Part shown: positions 1-13,507 of the stretch, piece by piece
How positions within the stretch are numbered: position 1 is the first letter of the stretch
How the letters are laid out: every line of letters begins with the position of its first letter
NCBI GenBank assembly: GCA_016196605.1
Contig: JACPXJ010000045.1
Coordinates: forward strand, 1-60,958
Length of the DNA: 60,958 nt
Direction of reading: 5' to 3'
DNA from: Candidatus Nomurabacteria bacterium
Lineage (GTDB): Bacteria; Patescibacteriota; Minisyncoccia; Phycocordibacterales; UBA9973
Position numbers and translations under genes: made by a program
Notes under the pieces: model-generated
What the model saw: only the letters and a program-made list of their open reading frames with translations
What the model was told of the DNA's origin: nothing
The model's database searches: none

Positions 1-52
1 ACGCCTTTTTCTTTACAAACTTCCGTCTCGCAAAGGGCGATAGACATATGAT

Positions 53-505
53 ATGAAAAAAATATTTAAATATTTAAATATTGAAATATCCCCTGCGAAG
101 CAGGGAGGTTTTACTCTAGTGGAAACGCTTGTGGCTGTTTCTATATTTTCGGTGTCCATTCTTGGATTGCTTTCTGTGCTTGCGGATGGTGTTGCCGACT
201 CGAGCTATGCCAAGCAAAAATTAATAGCTGCCTATCTGGCGCAGGAAGGCATCGAATATGTTAGAAATATGCGGGATACTTCTGTTTTGTATTCAGGCGG
301 CGGAAATTGGAATAGCTTCAGAAATACTCCAAACATAAATTACCCTGTCGCTGCTGATTTTACCGGTTTTATTCGTGAAGTTTGGCTGGACAAAAACGGT
401 TTAGGACCAGATCAAGTGAAGATTTATTCAAAGGTTTCCTGGGTGCAAGGCTCCGGGACTCATGATATAACATTCAGAGCGGATCTTTTTAATTGGGTGG
501 AATAA
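53..505 (+). CDS. type IV pilin-like protein (prepilin-type N-terminal motif)
   Basis: N-terminus ...AKQGG/FTLVETLVAVSIFSV fits the G/FTLxE prepilin cleavage-methylation motif and is followed by a hydrophobic helix. Confidence 0.7.
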   Translation: MKKIFKYLNIEISPAKQGGFTLVETLVAVSIFSVSILGLLSVLADGVADSSYAKQKLIAAYLAQEGIEYVRNMRDTSVLYSGGGNWNSFRNTPNINYPVAADFTGFIREVWLDKNGLGPDQVKIYSKVSWVQGSGTHDITFRADLFNWVE

Positions 506-506
506 T

Positions 507-3120
<2,614 letters not shown>

Positions 3121-3128
3121 TTCCGTAT

Positions 3129-3216
3129 GGAACCGTCGCATAGCGGTCGAGTGCGCGCGCTTGGAAAGCGCGTAGGCTGAAAGGTCTCGAGGGTTCGAAT
3201 CCCTCCGGTTCCGCCA
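3129..3216 (+). tRNA. tRNA-Ser (anticodon GGA), long variable arm, CCA encoded
   Basis: Acceptor ggaaccg/cggttcc, anticodon stem cgcgc/gcgcg with loop ttGGAaa, T arm gaggg-ttcgaat-ccctc, discriminator g then cca. Folded by hand. Confidence 0.9.
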
Positions 3217-3217
3217 T

Positions 3218-3817
3218 ATGACTAAATACCATTATTTTTTAATATCTTTGTTTACACTGGCTTGGATAATATCCGCGATAAATCCGGTAACGCCGGAAAA
3301 TTGGCTGCAGGAAAACATTGTGGTTTTTCTTTGGGTGCCGGCGACTATTCTCCTCGGGCGTTATATTGTTAAGCTCTCAAATATCTCGTACACCATCATC
3401 GCAATATTTCTGATGCTTCATCTCTTAGGCGCTCATTATAATTATGGCGGCGTGCCTTTCGGAGAGATTCTTGGCGAATGGATTGGGAGCGGCCGCAATC
3501 AATTTGACCGCTTGATGCATCTTCTTTTTGGATTGATTATGATTTATCCGTTTCGGGAAATGTTTCTTCGAATAACAAATGTTAAGAGATTCTGGGGATA
3601 TTTTTTTCCTATAAATATAATACTATCATTCTCGGCAATGTATGAGATTTACGAATGGGTGAGTGTGAGTTATCTTCCTTCCGAAATCTCGTATCTTTTT
3701 GTCGGGGGCAATGATCCCTGGGATGCAGTAAAAGATATGTCTCTCGCGGCCGTGGGAGCCGTAATTACCACGGTAATTTTAGCTGTCAAAAATAGGCAGG
3801 TAAATAAATCCATGTGA
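3218..3817 (+). CDS. multi-pass membrane protein, DUF2238/YjdF-like
   Basis: Several hydrophobic helices. The pattern SAINP...LHLLGAHYNYGGVPFGE...RNQFDRLMHLLFG resembles the YjdF family. Confidence 0.6.
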   Translation: MTKYHYFLISLFTLAWIISAINPVTPENWLQENIVVFLWVPATILLGRYIVKLSNISYTIIAIFLMLHLLGAHYNYGGVPFGEILGEWIGSGRNQFDRLMHLLFGLIMIYPFREMFLRITNVKRFWGYFFPINIILSFSAMYEIYEWVSVSYLPSEISYLFVGGNDPWDAVKDMSLAAVGAVITTVILAVKNRQVNKSM

Positions 3818-3896
3818 ATAAGTTGTGAATAATATTAATATCACATTAATAGTTTGATGTTGCAAATTTTAATATAAAATGCCATAATTACGCTTT

Positions 3897-4571
3897 ATGG
3901 CAATCCTAATCATCGAAGACGAGAAAAAATTAGTAAATATATTAAAGCGAGCGCTCAAGAGAGAACGCTACTCTGTGGATGTGGCTTATGACGGCGAGGA
4001 GGGCTTAGACAAAGCAATGAAGAATAATTATTCTTTAATCCTTCTCGACATAATGCTTCCCAAAAAAGATGGTTTTACCGTCTGCCGGGAACTTCGAGCT
4101 CACCAGATCCACACCCCTATCATTATGCTGACTGCTCGGGGTATTGTCGAAGACAGGGTAAACGGCCTAGATGTCGGGGCAGACGATTATCTGGTCAAGC
4201 CTTTTGGTCTCAATGAATTATTTGCCAGAATTCGCGCGATCCTGCGCCGCCGCAAAACGAGTGATCCGGATATAGCGAAAATCGCCGATCTTATAATGGA
4301 TAGAAAGAAGCATGAAGTTGCCAGGGCAGGCAAGGTGATTCCTCTGACTCCCAAAGAATATAAGCTTCTGGATGTCCTCCTTTCCAATCATGGGGAAGCG
4401 ATAAATAGGCGTAAGCTCATTGATCATGCTTGGGGGCCGGATTTCAAAGAGACAAATAACGAGCTCAATGTCCACATAAGATATCTTCGCAAGAAAATTG
4501 ATGATGCTTTTTCGGATTCTAAGCCATTGATTCATACAGTCCGAGGCGTAGGTTTCGTCTTAAAGGAATAA
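3897..4571 (+). CDS. OmpR/PhoB-family response regulator (no adjacent histidine kinase)
   Basis: Receiver domain (LLDIMLPKKDG, LTAR, KPF) plus a winged-helix output domain (LTPKEYKLLDVLL...VHIRYLRKKID...TVRGVGF). Confidence 0.9.
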   Translation: MAILIIEDEKKLVNILKRALKRERYSVDVAYDGEEGLDKAMKNNYSLILLDIMLPKKDGFTVCRELRAHQIHTPIIMLTARGIVEDRVNGLDVGADDYLVKPFGLNELFARIRAILRRRKTSDPDIAKIADLIMDRKKHEVARAGKVIPLTPKEYKLLDVLLSNHGEAINRRKLIDHAWGPDFKETNNELNVHIRYLRKKIDDAFSDSKPLIHTVRGVGFVLKE

Positions 4572-4594
4572 TTTAAAAAATTATTCCTTTTTTT
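4563..4594 (+). terminator. putative intrinsic terminator of the response regulator gene
   Basis: aaggaataatt-taaaa-aattattcctt followed by a T run. Overlaps the stop codon. Confidence 0.6.
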
Positions 4595-4648
4595 GCAAAA
4601 TTTTTCTCAAATTAGTCTGATATTTGTTATAGTTAAAACTATATTAAG

Positions 4649-4670
4649 GTTATAAACAGTTTATAAACAG
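4649..4670 (+). promoter_or_regulatory. tandem 11-nt direct repeat (gttataaacag / tttataaacag)
   Basis: Two adjacent copies with an 11-nt period, in the AT-rich spacer between the response regulator gene and ORF 4802. Confidence 0.35.
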
Positions 4671-4801
4671 AATTATGCATATAATACTGCTTTTTTATAT
4701 TGACTTCTTATTTTTATAGGATACGATATTAATGTTAGATTAACATCTAATAAAAAATTAATGTCGAAATATTATAAAAATTAAGTTTATGAAAAAGATT
4801 T

Positions 4802-5014
4802 ATGTTAAAGAAAATTAAGTTTCCTAAAAATTACAAGACCTTAACGATGTGCGAAAAGTGTTACGCTTTCAGATACAGAAATTCCTGGCATTTCAAGAAG
4901 CCGGATTACTTGAATTCAGAGCAAGAAGTGCCGGTTATCTTTACCCAGTGCTCAGCTTGTATCGAACAGGAGAATGCTCTCTATGAAAACGAATCAGAAC
5001 TTGCTTTCGGCTAG
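4802..5014 (+). CDS. hypothetical small Cys-rich protein (CxxC...CxxC)
   Basis: ORF only. Contains CEKC and CSAC pairs. Confidence 0.35.
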   Translation: MLKKIKFPKNYKTLTMCEKCYAFRYRNSWHFKKPDYLNSEQEVPVIFTQCSACIEQENALYENESELAFG

Positions 5015-5075
5015 ATAATATATATATCTAAGTCGTCTTGTAATATTTCGAGCTGCCTCTCGGCTCAAATATATT

Positions 5076-5336
5076 ATGGGAGGCAAAAAGGGCAGACTTG
5101 AGATAATAAATAAAAACCTCGAATCGGATTTTCTTGATCGGCTGTGGGAGGAAGGGTCTGGCGCTGATCCCTTGGAAAATGTTGCAAAAATGATCGTGAA
5201 CCACATAACAAAGTTTGAAAAGGAAATGGCTGATCGGTCGGAAAAGCATGAGAGCGATCTAAAAGAATTAAAGAAAGAGCTAAACGGTCTTAAAAATAAA
5301 TTAAAAAGAAATAAAACGAGGGTTCGGTATTTGTAA
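5076..5336 (+). CDS. hypothetical charged/coiled-coil protein
   Basis: ORF only. Confidence 0.3.
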   Translation: MGGKKGRLEIINKNLESDFLDRLWEEGSGADPLENVAKMIVNHITKFEKEMADRSEKHESDLKELKKELNGLKNKLKRNKTRVRYL

Positions 5337-5396
5337 TACTTTCGGGCTTTTTACGGCGTCACATAGGCAGAGTATTTATTGTTAGCATAGTCATCC

Positions 5397-5966
5397 ATGG
5401 TTACGATAATTAAAATGACAGGGAAAATATCAAAAATATCATTCGCGATGATTTTTGCTTTGGTTTTCTCTTCTGTTGCGCTCGTCAATGCAAATACTGC
5501 TCTTGAGTATTATGAAGAACAAGATGAAAATCCATATAAATATAATGCCCTGGAAAATAAATCTTCTTTTGTCGAGCTGCAAAAAGATGCTGATACCACC
5601 GAAGAGGCTGTGAAGAGGAGAGAATTAGAAAGGCGCATTCAAGGAGAATGGCAAAGCATAATCGAGAAGCAGAACTTTTCCGTCGGAGAAATTGCGAAAG
5701 CCGTAAGCGCCTTGCGGGACAGAAATGGAATGAAAACTTTTCTCGCGGGGAACAATCTATCCGTTCTTAGGTTTCAGCTCGTTCAGATAAAAGAGATTGC
5801 AACATTGCTTAATACTCTCGCAAAAAAGACGGAAGACGAATCAACAAAGATCCAAATAGATAATCAGATAAAGTTCTTGCGGCAGGAACAGAAAAAGGTC
5901 GAGAGTTTCATTTTTGAACAAAAAAATGAATTAAGCCTGTTTGGATGGTTCGTTAATATGCTTTAA
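5397..5966 (+). CDS. hypothetical secreted or membrane-anchored protein
   Basis: N-terminal hydrophobic segment ISFAMIFALVFSSVALVNA, then charged helical sequence. Confidence 0.4.
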   Translation: MVTIIKMTGKISKISFAMIFALVFSSVALVNANTALEYYEEQDENPYKYNALENKSSFVELQKDADTTEEAVKRRELERRIQGEWQSIIEKQNFSVGEIAKAVSALRDRNGMKTFLAGNNLSVLRFQLVQIKEIATLLNTLAKKTEDESTKIQIDNQIKFLRQEQKKVESFIFEQKNELSLFGWFVNML

Positions 5967-5989
5967 TAAGTAATTTCACAAAAAATACT

Positions 5990-6139
5990 ATGCTTACAAC
6001 ATTAGCTGTGATCCTGGTTGTATTGTGGCTTCTCGGCGTGGTCACTTCGTATACGCTGGGCGGTTTCATACACGTGCTTCTGGTAATTGCCATCATAATG
6101 GTTCTCATCCGGCTTATCAGGGGAGAGAAAGTTGTTTAA
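5990..6139 (+). CDS. lmo0937-family small membrane protein (49 aa, below the ORF-track cutoff)
   Basis: Hand translation MLTTLAVILVVLWLLGVVTSYTLGGFIHVLLVIAIIMVLIRLIRGEKVV matches the characteristic two-helix family pattern. Confidence 0.6.
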   Translation: MLTTLAVILVVLWLLGVVTSYTLGGFIHVLLVIAIIMVLIRLIRGEKVV

Positions 6140-6162
6140 ACGGAATAAAATAGTTATATAGA

Positions 6163-9060
6163 GTGTATAATGGTCGTATGCGGAAGGTGACAGAAGCGTT
6201 TGAGAGCGAATACAAAAAGCTCAATTTAGCCCAGCGGGAGGCAGTCGAATCCATACTAGGTCCCGTTATGGTAGTAGCTGGTCCTGGAACCGGGAAAACA
6301 CAGGTTTTAGCTCTTAGAATAGGCAACATTCTTTTAAAAACTGACACGCCGGCAGATGGTGTTTTGTGTCTCACTTTCACTAATTCTGCGGTAGAAGCTA
6401 TGCGCTCGCGCTTAGTGCGCTACATAGGGGAGGCAGGCGAGAAAGTGCGCGTTTTCACTTTTCATAGCTTTGGGATGAAAATCATTGAAGAGAATTTTCC
6501 GGTTTTGGGTCTCAAAGAGTCTCCAAGACTCCTCGATGAAACAGAAGCGGCTACATTTTTTGACGATATTTTCCAGTCTCATGCGTGGGAATATCTGCGG
6601 CCGCGCTCCGACCGCACAAAGTATTACAAAGATTTAAAATTGCTCATCTCACTCCTTAAGCGAGAGCGTATCAGCTCTCGAAAATTTGCGTCTTCTATAG
6701 AAGAGGAAATTCAAATCTTGAAAGATGACAAACAAAATATTTCTTCCCGAGGGGTACGCAAGGGAGAGCTTAAACAAGAGGTACGGCATGAGATCGAAGG
6801 TCTCGAGAAAAGCAGGGAAATTTCTAAATTTCTGGAATTGTACGAAGCGGCAAAGGCAGAGCGGGGAATGATCGATTATGATGATGTGCTGGAGAATTTA
6901 GTGAAAATCGTCGAGAAGTCGGAGGAGGTAAGAGCGGAGATCAGGGAAAAGTATTTATATATTTTAATAGACGAGCACCAAGATTCTTCCCGGGTTCAGA
7001 ACGAATTTATCGCCCGTGTTTGGATGGATGTCGAAAAGCCGGATATTTTTGTGGTCGGCGATGATCGCCAGCTTATTTACGGCTTTAGCGGCGCCTCTAT
7101 TGAGCACTTCAAAAGTTTCCGGAAAACTTTTCCGGGAGCAAAACTCATTCCACTCCTTCTGAACTACCGCTCCACGAAAGTTATATTAGATGCCGCTCAC
7201 ACCCTTCTGCAAAGCGTGATGACAGAAGAGAAGCTTGTAAGCGTACGCAAGGAAAGCCATTCGATAAAATTAGTAGAAGCAGAGACACCTAGAGAAGAAA
7301 TAAGAGCCGCGGCGGAGGATATCAGGGGGAAAATAGGACAGGGCATGCGGCCGGATGATTGCGCGGTTCTCCTGCCAAAAAACGCACAGGTTCGAGACGC
7401 GCTAGAGATACTACACAAGGAAGGAGTGCCCATTGCAACCTTTGAGACTCTGAATATATTCGACCAAAAAGAAATGTCGGCCTTGATGCGTGTTTTGAAG
7501 ATTATCGATTCTGGCGACGCTCCATCGCTCGCTCTTTCTTTTTTTGACGAATACTCTGGTATTTTACCGCTCGAAGCTCACGCATTTTTATCGGATCAAA
7601 AAATGCGGGAATTCTCTTTTGATGCGCTTGTTAACAGATCCTCATCTTTATTTAAAGAAAGCGCGGTAGAGAAATGGATATCGAAGTTGTCAAGTTGGAA
7701 AAAATATTATTTAGATCACGATGTTAAATCGCTAATTCAAAAAATTGCCGAAGAGTTGTTTGCCCCGCAAGAGGGAGGGCTCATTAGCGGTAAAGAGATA
7801 GCTCTCTCTCTGTTTACTTTATTGGAAGGTAGAGAAGATTTGACGCTTCATGATTTTGTTTCATACCTCGGGCGGCTGGAGCTATATGGCGAAATGATTC
7901 CGGTCCTGACGGACAAAAAAAAGGGAGCGCGCGTACTCACAATGCATGCTTCAAAAGGGCTTGAGTTTGATTATGTTTGGATCGCGCACATGGATGAGCG
8001 GTCCTTGGGAGGCGGCAAGAAATTGAGTTTTACCCTGCCCAAGAAAATACGAGAGCTTATCGAAGAGAAAGATATCGATGCTGTCAAGAGAAAACTTTAC
8101 GTAGCCATTACCCGGGCAAAAAGATTTTGCACGCTCTCCTATGCCGGTACTTCACATAAAGGCGCCGAACAAGAGCTTGCTAAAATCATCGCGTCACTTC
8201 CCAAAGAGGTTTTTGAAAAGCATAAAGTGAAAGCAGAAAAAAAACAAAAATCTCCTCCGAAAAATTTATCAGCGTTAGCCAAGCTTGTGGGCGAAAAATA
8301 TAAAGATAGATACATTTCCGCATCATTCCTGAATAATTTTTTTGAGTGCCCATGGAAATGGTATTTTCAAAATCTTCTTCAGCTTCCGGAGGAAGTGAGC
8401 GAGAGTTTGGAGTTTGGCGGTAAAGTCCACGCTGCCATTGATCAAGTGCTTAAGAACAGCGGAGAAGTGACTGAAAAAATACTTGAAGAGATTGCAGGAG
8501 GAGATAAAGTAATTCTAAAAATAATTTCATCATGGGCAAAAAATCGCCTGAAAGAAATTACCAAAAACCGGGAGAATGAACAGCCGATCTCGATAGAGGA
8601 CAAAAATTTTCCACATCTTAAGTTCTACGGACGGCTTGACCTTATCGAGAAGCTGGAGTCTAAAAACGTGCGGGTGACGGATTTTAAAACTGGCAGTCCA
8701 CGAAAAAAACATGAAATCGAAAAATTGGACAATGAGGGGAGGTTGGGCGGGAACCTGCGCCAGCTCGCCATGTATGCATACCTTTTACAAAATAGTCCGG
8801 CCTGGCAGGGAGTAGCTGTGTCCGAGAGCCGGCTGGAATTCCTGGAAGCAAGAGAAAAAAGCGAAAGCATTTACAATTACGTCATTACATCAGAGGAAAT
8901 AAATCTACTGCTTAAAGATATAAAAGACTATGATGATCTGGTCAAAAATGGCGAGTGGATAAATCGCCCTTGCAATTATAATTCTTATGGCAAAAATACG
9001 TCTTGTGAATATTGCAAAACGGCGGAGATTTTTACTGGATCTTCTAAAAAACTGAAATAA
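6163..9060 (+). CDS. UvrD/PcrA-type helicase fused to a C-terminal PD-(D/E)XK (AddB/Cas4-like, Cys-containing) nuclease domain
   Basis: Walker A AGPGTGKT, DEHQD, VGDDRQLIYGFSGA, YRST, TMHASKGLEFD and VAITRAK helicase motifs. C-terminus has FFECPWKWYF...GRLDLIE...DFKTG...QLAMY...CNY...CEYC. Confidence 0.85.
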   Translation: MYNGRMRKVTEAFESEYKKLNLAQREAVESILGPVMVVAGPGTGKTQVLALRIGNILLKTDTPADGVLCLTFTNSAVEAMRSRLVRYIGEAGEKVRVFTFHSFGMKIIEENFPVLGLKESPRLLDETEAATFFDDIFQSHAWEYLRPRSDRTKYYKDLKLLISLLKRERISSRKFASSIEEEIQILKDDKQNISSRGVRKGELKQEVRHEIEGLEKSREISKFLELYEAAKAERGMIDYDDVLENLVKIVEKSEEVRAEIREKYLYILIDEHQDSSRVQNEFIARVWMDVEKPDIFVVGDDRQLIYGFSGASIEHFKSFRKTFPGAKLIPLLLNYRSTKVILDAAHTLLQSVMTEEKLVSVRKESHSIKLVEAETPREEIRAAAEDIRGKIGQGMRPDDCAVLLPKNAQVRDALEILHKEGVPIATFETLNIFDQKEMSALMRVLKIIDSGDAPSLALSFFDEYSGILPLEAHAFLSDQKMREFSFDALVNRSSSLFKESAVEKWISKLSSWKKYYLDHDVKSLIQKIAEELFAPQEGGLISGKEIALSLFTLLEGREDLTLHDFVSYLGRLELYGEMIPVLTDKKKGARVLTMHASKGLEFDYVWIAHMDERSLGGGKKLSFTLPKKIRELIEEKDIDAVKRKLYVAITRAKRFCTLSYAGTSHKGAEQELAKIIASLPKEVFEKHKVKAEKKQKSPPKNLSALAKLVGEKYKDRYISASFLNNFFECPWKWYFQNLLQLPEEVSESLEFGGKVHAAIDQVLKNSGEVTEKILEEIAGGDKVILKIISSWAKNRLKEITKNRENEQPISIEDKNFPHLKFYGRLDLIEKLESKNVRVTDFKTGSPRKKHEIEKLDNEGRLGGNLRQLAMYAYLLQNSPAWQGVAVSESRLEFLEAREKSESIYNYVITSEEINLLLKDIKDYDDLVKNGEWINRPCNYNSYGKNTSCEYCKTAEIFTGSSKKLK

Positions 9061-9065
9061 AATTG

Positions 9066-10208
9066 TTAGCGGACTGTCGCGGAAAAAATTTTGTTGGTCT
9101 CCGCTTCCAGTTTTTTATGGATTTTATCTATTTCAGAAGAGGTAAGGGTTCTTTCTATTGACCTATAGGTAATTCTATAAGCATAACTAATTTTTCCAGC
9201 GCCGAATTTTTCCGCATTTTCATATTTATCTAAAAGCTCCACCTGCTCCACTATGCCGGGAGCAAGTTCCCGCACAAAGTCAAAATAATCGTTTGGAATA
9301 AAATCCTTCTTTACTACAAATGAAATATCTCGCACGATCGGCGGGTACTTGCTGACCTCAACAAATTTTTGTCCCAGTTTCAGTTGTTTTTTTACTCTAG
9401 GATCTTCGGACCAAAGAAGGCGGATATCGGGGAGGTCCATGCTGATGATTGCCAGCCGTTCCAGTCCGAAGCCGAAGGCCCAGTTGCTCCATTTCTCCGG
9501 GTTTATGCCCAAATTACGCATCAAATTGTCTGTCATAATGCCGCAACCCAAGACTTCGATCCAGCGGCCGTTGATTTCGACTTCCATTTCCAAGGACGGG
9601 TCCGTGTATGGAAAGGTATCTTTATTGAATCGGTATTTAATTGTTGGTCCGAACACAGCTTTAGCGATATCGGCTAAAACTTTTTTCAGATCATCCACTG
9701 TGATGACTTTTTTGTCTTTCGGGATCAGAAATCCGCCGTCCATCTGATGAAATACATTCATGTGGTTGCGGTCGATTTCGTCTTTGCGGTATACCTTGCC
9801 GAACGAAAAGAAACCCAGTGCTTTGCCTTTCTCCATACGTTTCTTTATTTCCGGTTGCTGTAAGTAGTAGTACCACATCACTGTAGTATGAGTACGCAAG
9901 AGATTTTTCTCATTGATGAAGTATGTATCAGATCGTGAGCGGGCAGGATGGTCGGCGGGAAATCCGTAAAGGTCGAAGCTTACGTCTGTGGGTACTATCT
10001 CCGGAGATTTTACAATATCAAAATTTTTAAAATCTTGCTGGGATAAAATACGCTGCACGATTTCATAAATCGGGCTTCCGGCAGTCCGCGATAAATCCGG
10101 CATCGAAAGATACCGCTTCATGCGTCTTGAATCCATATCCTGTTTCGCTTCTAAACTTTTTAACAATTCCCCCGCCTCAGGTGAAGCTACTGTGTACGTA
10201 TCTCTCAT
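9066..10208 (-). CDS. phenylalanyl-tRNA synthetase, monomeric mitochondrial-type (PheS core fused to an FDX-ACB anticodon-binding domain)
   Basis: Class II core (HPARSRSDTYF, LRTHTT, VYRKDEIDRNHMNVFHQMDG, GFGLERLAII). C-terminus LWSEDPRV...YPPIVRDISFVV...ISYAYRITYRSIERTLT is like FARS2. Confidence 0.85.
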   Translation of the reverse strand: MRDTYTVASPEAGELLKSLEAKQDMDSRRMKRYLSMPDLSRTAGSPIYEIVQRILSQQDFKNFDIVKSPEIVPTDVSFDLYGFPADHPARSRSDTYFINEKNLLRTHTTVMWYYYLQQPEIKKRMEKGKALGFFSFGKVYRKDEIDRNHMNVFHQMDGGFLIPKDKKVITVDDLKKVLADIAKAVFGPTIKYRFNKDTFPYTDPSLEMEVEINGRWIEVLGCGIMTDNLMRNLGINPEKWSNWAFGFGLERLAIISMDLPDIRLLWSEDPRVKKQLKLGQKFVEVSKYPPIVRDISFVVKKDFIPNDYFDFVRELAPGIVEQVELLDKYENAEKFGAGKISYAYRITYRSIERTLTSSEIDKIHKKLEAETNKIFSATVR

Positions 10209-10292
10209 TTCTCCAGTCTAGAAAAAAATGTCCCAAAAGTAAAGGGTTTTAGAGAAAAAATAACTGGCATTTCAGGCATCTTTTTGATATAA

Positions 10293-12428
<2,136 letters not shown>

Positions 12429-12431
12429 AAA

Positions 12432-12857
12432 ATGAAAGTAGTTTTTATCTGTCGGAGAAATAGATTCAGAAGCCAAATTGCCGAAGGTCTTTTTAATCAT
12501 CTTGCAAAAGATGGTTCGTCTGCTACTTCTGCTGGCGTAGATACTTTACCGGAGGAAAACAATGTACTTTTTTGTGAATACAAGAATAATAAAGTAAAAA
12601 ATACAGTAGAGGCGATGAAAAATAATGGGATAGATATCTCAAAAAAATATGCGAAAGAAATAACGCCTAGAATATTAGAAGGCACAGACAAAATTATTTT
12701 CTTAACTGATGACAAAGAAAAAATACCCGACTGGCTTTACGAATATCCTTATGAGCATTGGAAAATAGACAATTTTCCAGGTGCGCCAACTTTGGCAAAA
12801 TCTGAAGAAGTTATTCATATGTTAGAAGGTAAGATTAAAAATATGCTAGAGGATTAG
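12432..12857 (+). CDS. low-molecular-weight phosphatase family protein (LMW-PTP/ArsC-like)
   Basis: N-terminal CX5R(S) loop VVFICRRNRFRSQIAEG. Confidence 0.7.
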   Translation: MKVVFICRRNRFRSQIAEGLFNHLAKDGSSATSAGVDTLPEENNVLFCEYKNNKVKNTVEAMKNNGIDISKKYAKEITPRILEGTDKIIFLTDDKEKIPDWLYEYPYEHWKIDNFPGAPTLAKSEEVIHMLEGKIKNMLED

Positions 12858-12869
12858 TTTTTGTCATTT

Positions 12870-12903
12870 GTTTACTATCATTACGGCCGTCAGTATGGTA
12901 AAC
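12870..12903. promoter_or_regulatory. 34-nt palindromic site upstream of the PaaX-like gene
   Basis: gtttactat-cattacggccgtcagt-atggtaaac, 7 nt before the ATG. An inverted partner lies at 13508-13541. Confidence 0.5.
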
Positions 12904-12910
12904 TAAAGTC

Positions 12911-13489
12911 ATGAAAGGAAAAATTTTGAAAAAAGCCTTAGAATTACTTTATGATGGAGCTATGACTCAGGTTGATTTTTTCAATGCAGTTTTGTTCGCT
13001 GGTTATGGAGCTAGTTCTAGCCGAATCGAATATGAATATCAGAAACGTAGAAAAATTTCAGAATCCAAAAAATCTAAAGAAGAAATATTTAAGGCTAGAA
13101 AAAGAAGATTAGCCATATTTATGTCTAAAATGAAACACGATGGTCTTATTGAGGAGTTGGAAAATAACCGCCTTTTAATTTCAAAGAGAGGAGTTGCTAA
13201 ACTTGGCAAACTTAAGAATAATTTGCCATCCAAGTTTTATGCAGAAAAAATAGATCAAGGCTTTCCAATCATAATTAGTTTTGATATACCAGAAAAGTTG
13301 CGAAGGAAGCGTAACTGGCTAAGAGAAGTTATAAGAAAACTTGGTTTTGAAATGATCCATCAAAGTGTTTAGGTGGGTAAAGGAAAAATACCGGCGGATT
13401 TTATAGCAGACTTAGAAGAACTTAAAATTTTAGAATTTGTTGAAATTTTTGAGATTAGCAAAACAGGCAGTTTGAAGAAAATAACATAA
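12911..13489 (+). pseudogene. PaaX-like regulator (wHTH plus Cas2-like ferredoxin-fold motif) interrupted by an in-frame TAG at 13370-13372
   Basis: Paralogue of ORF 27431-28093. The TAG aligns with the conserved Trp (QSV*VGKG versus QKSAWIYP). The frame continues for 38 homologous codons to TAA at 13487-13489. Confidence 0.55.
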
Positions 13490-13507
13490 TTTTATTTATA
13501 TTGCATT

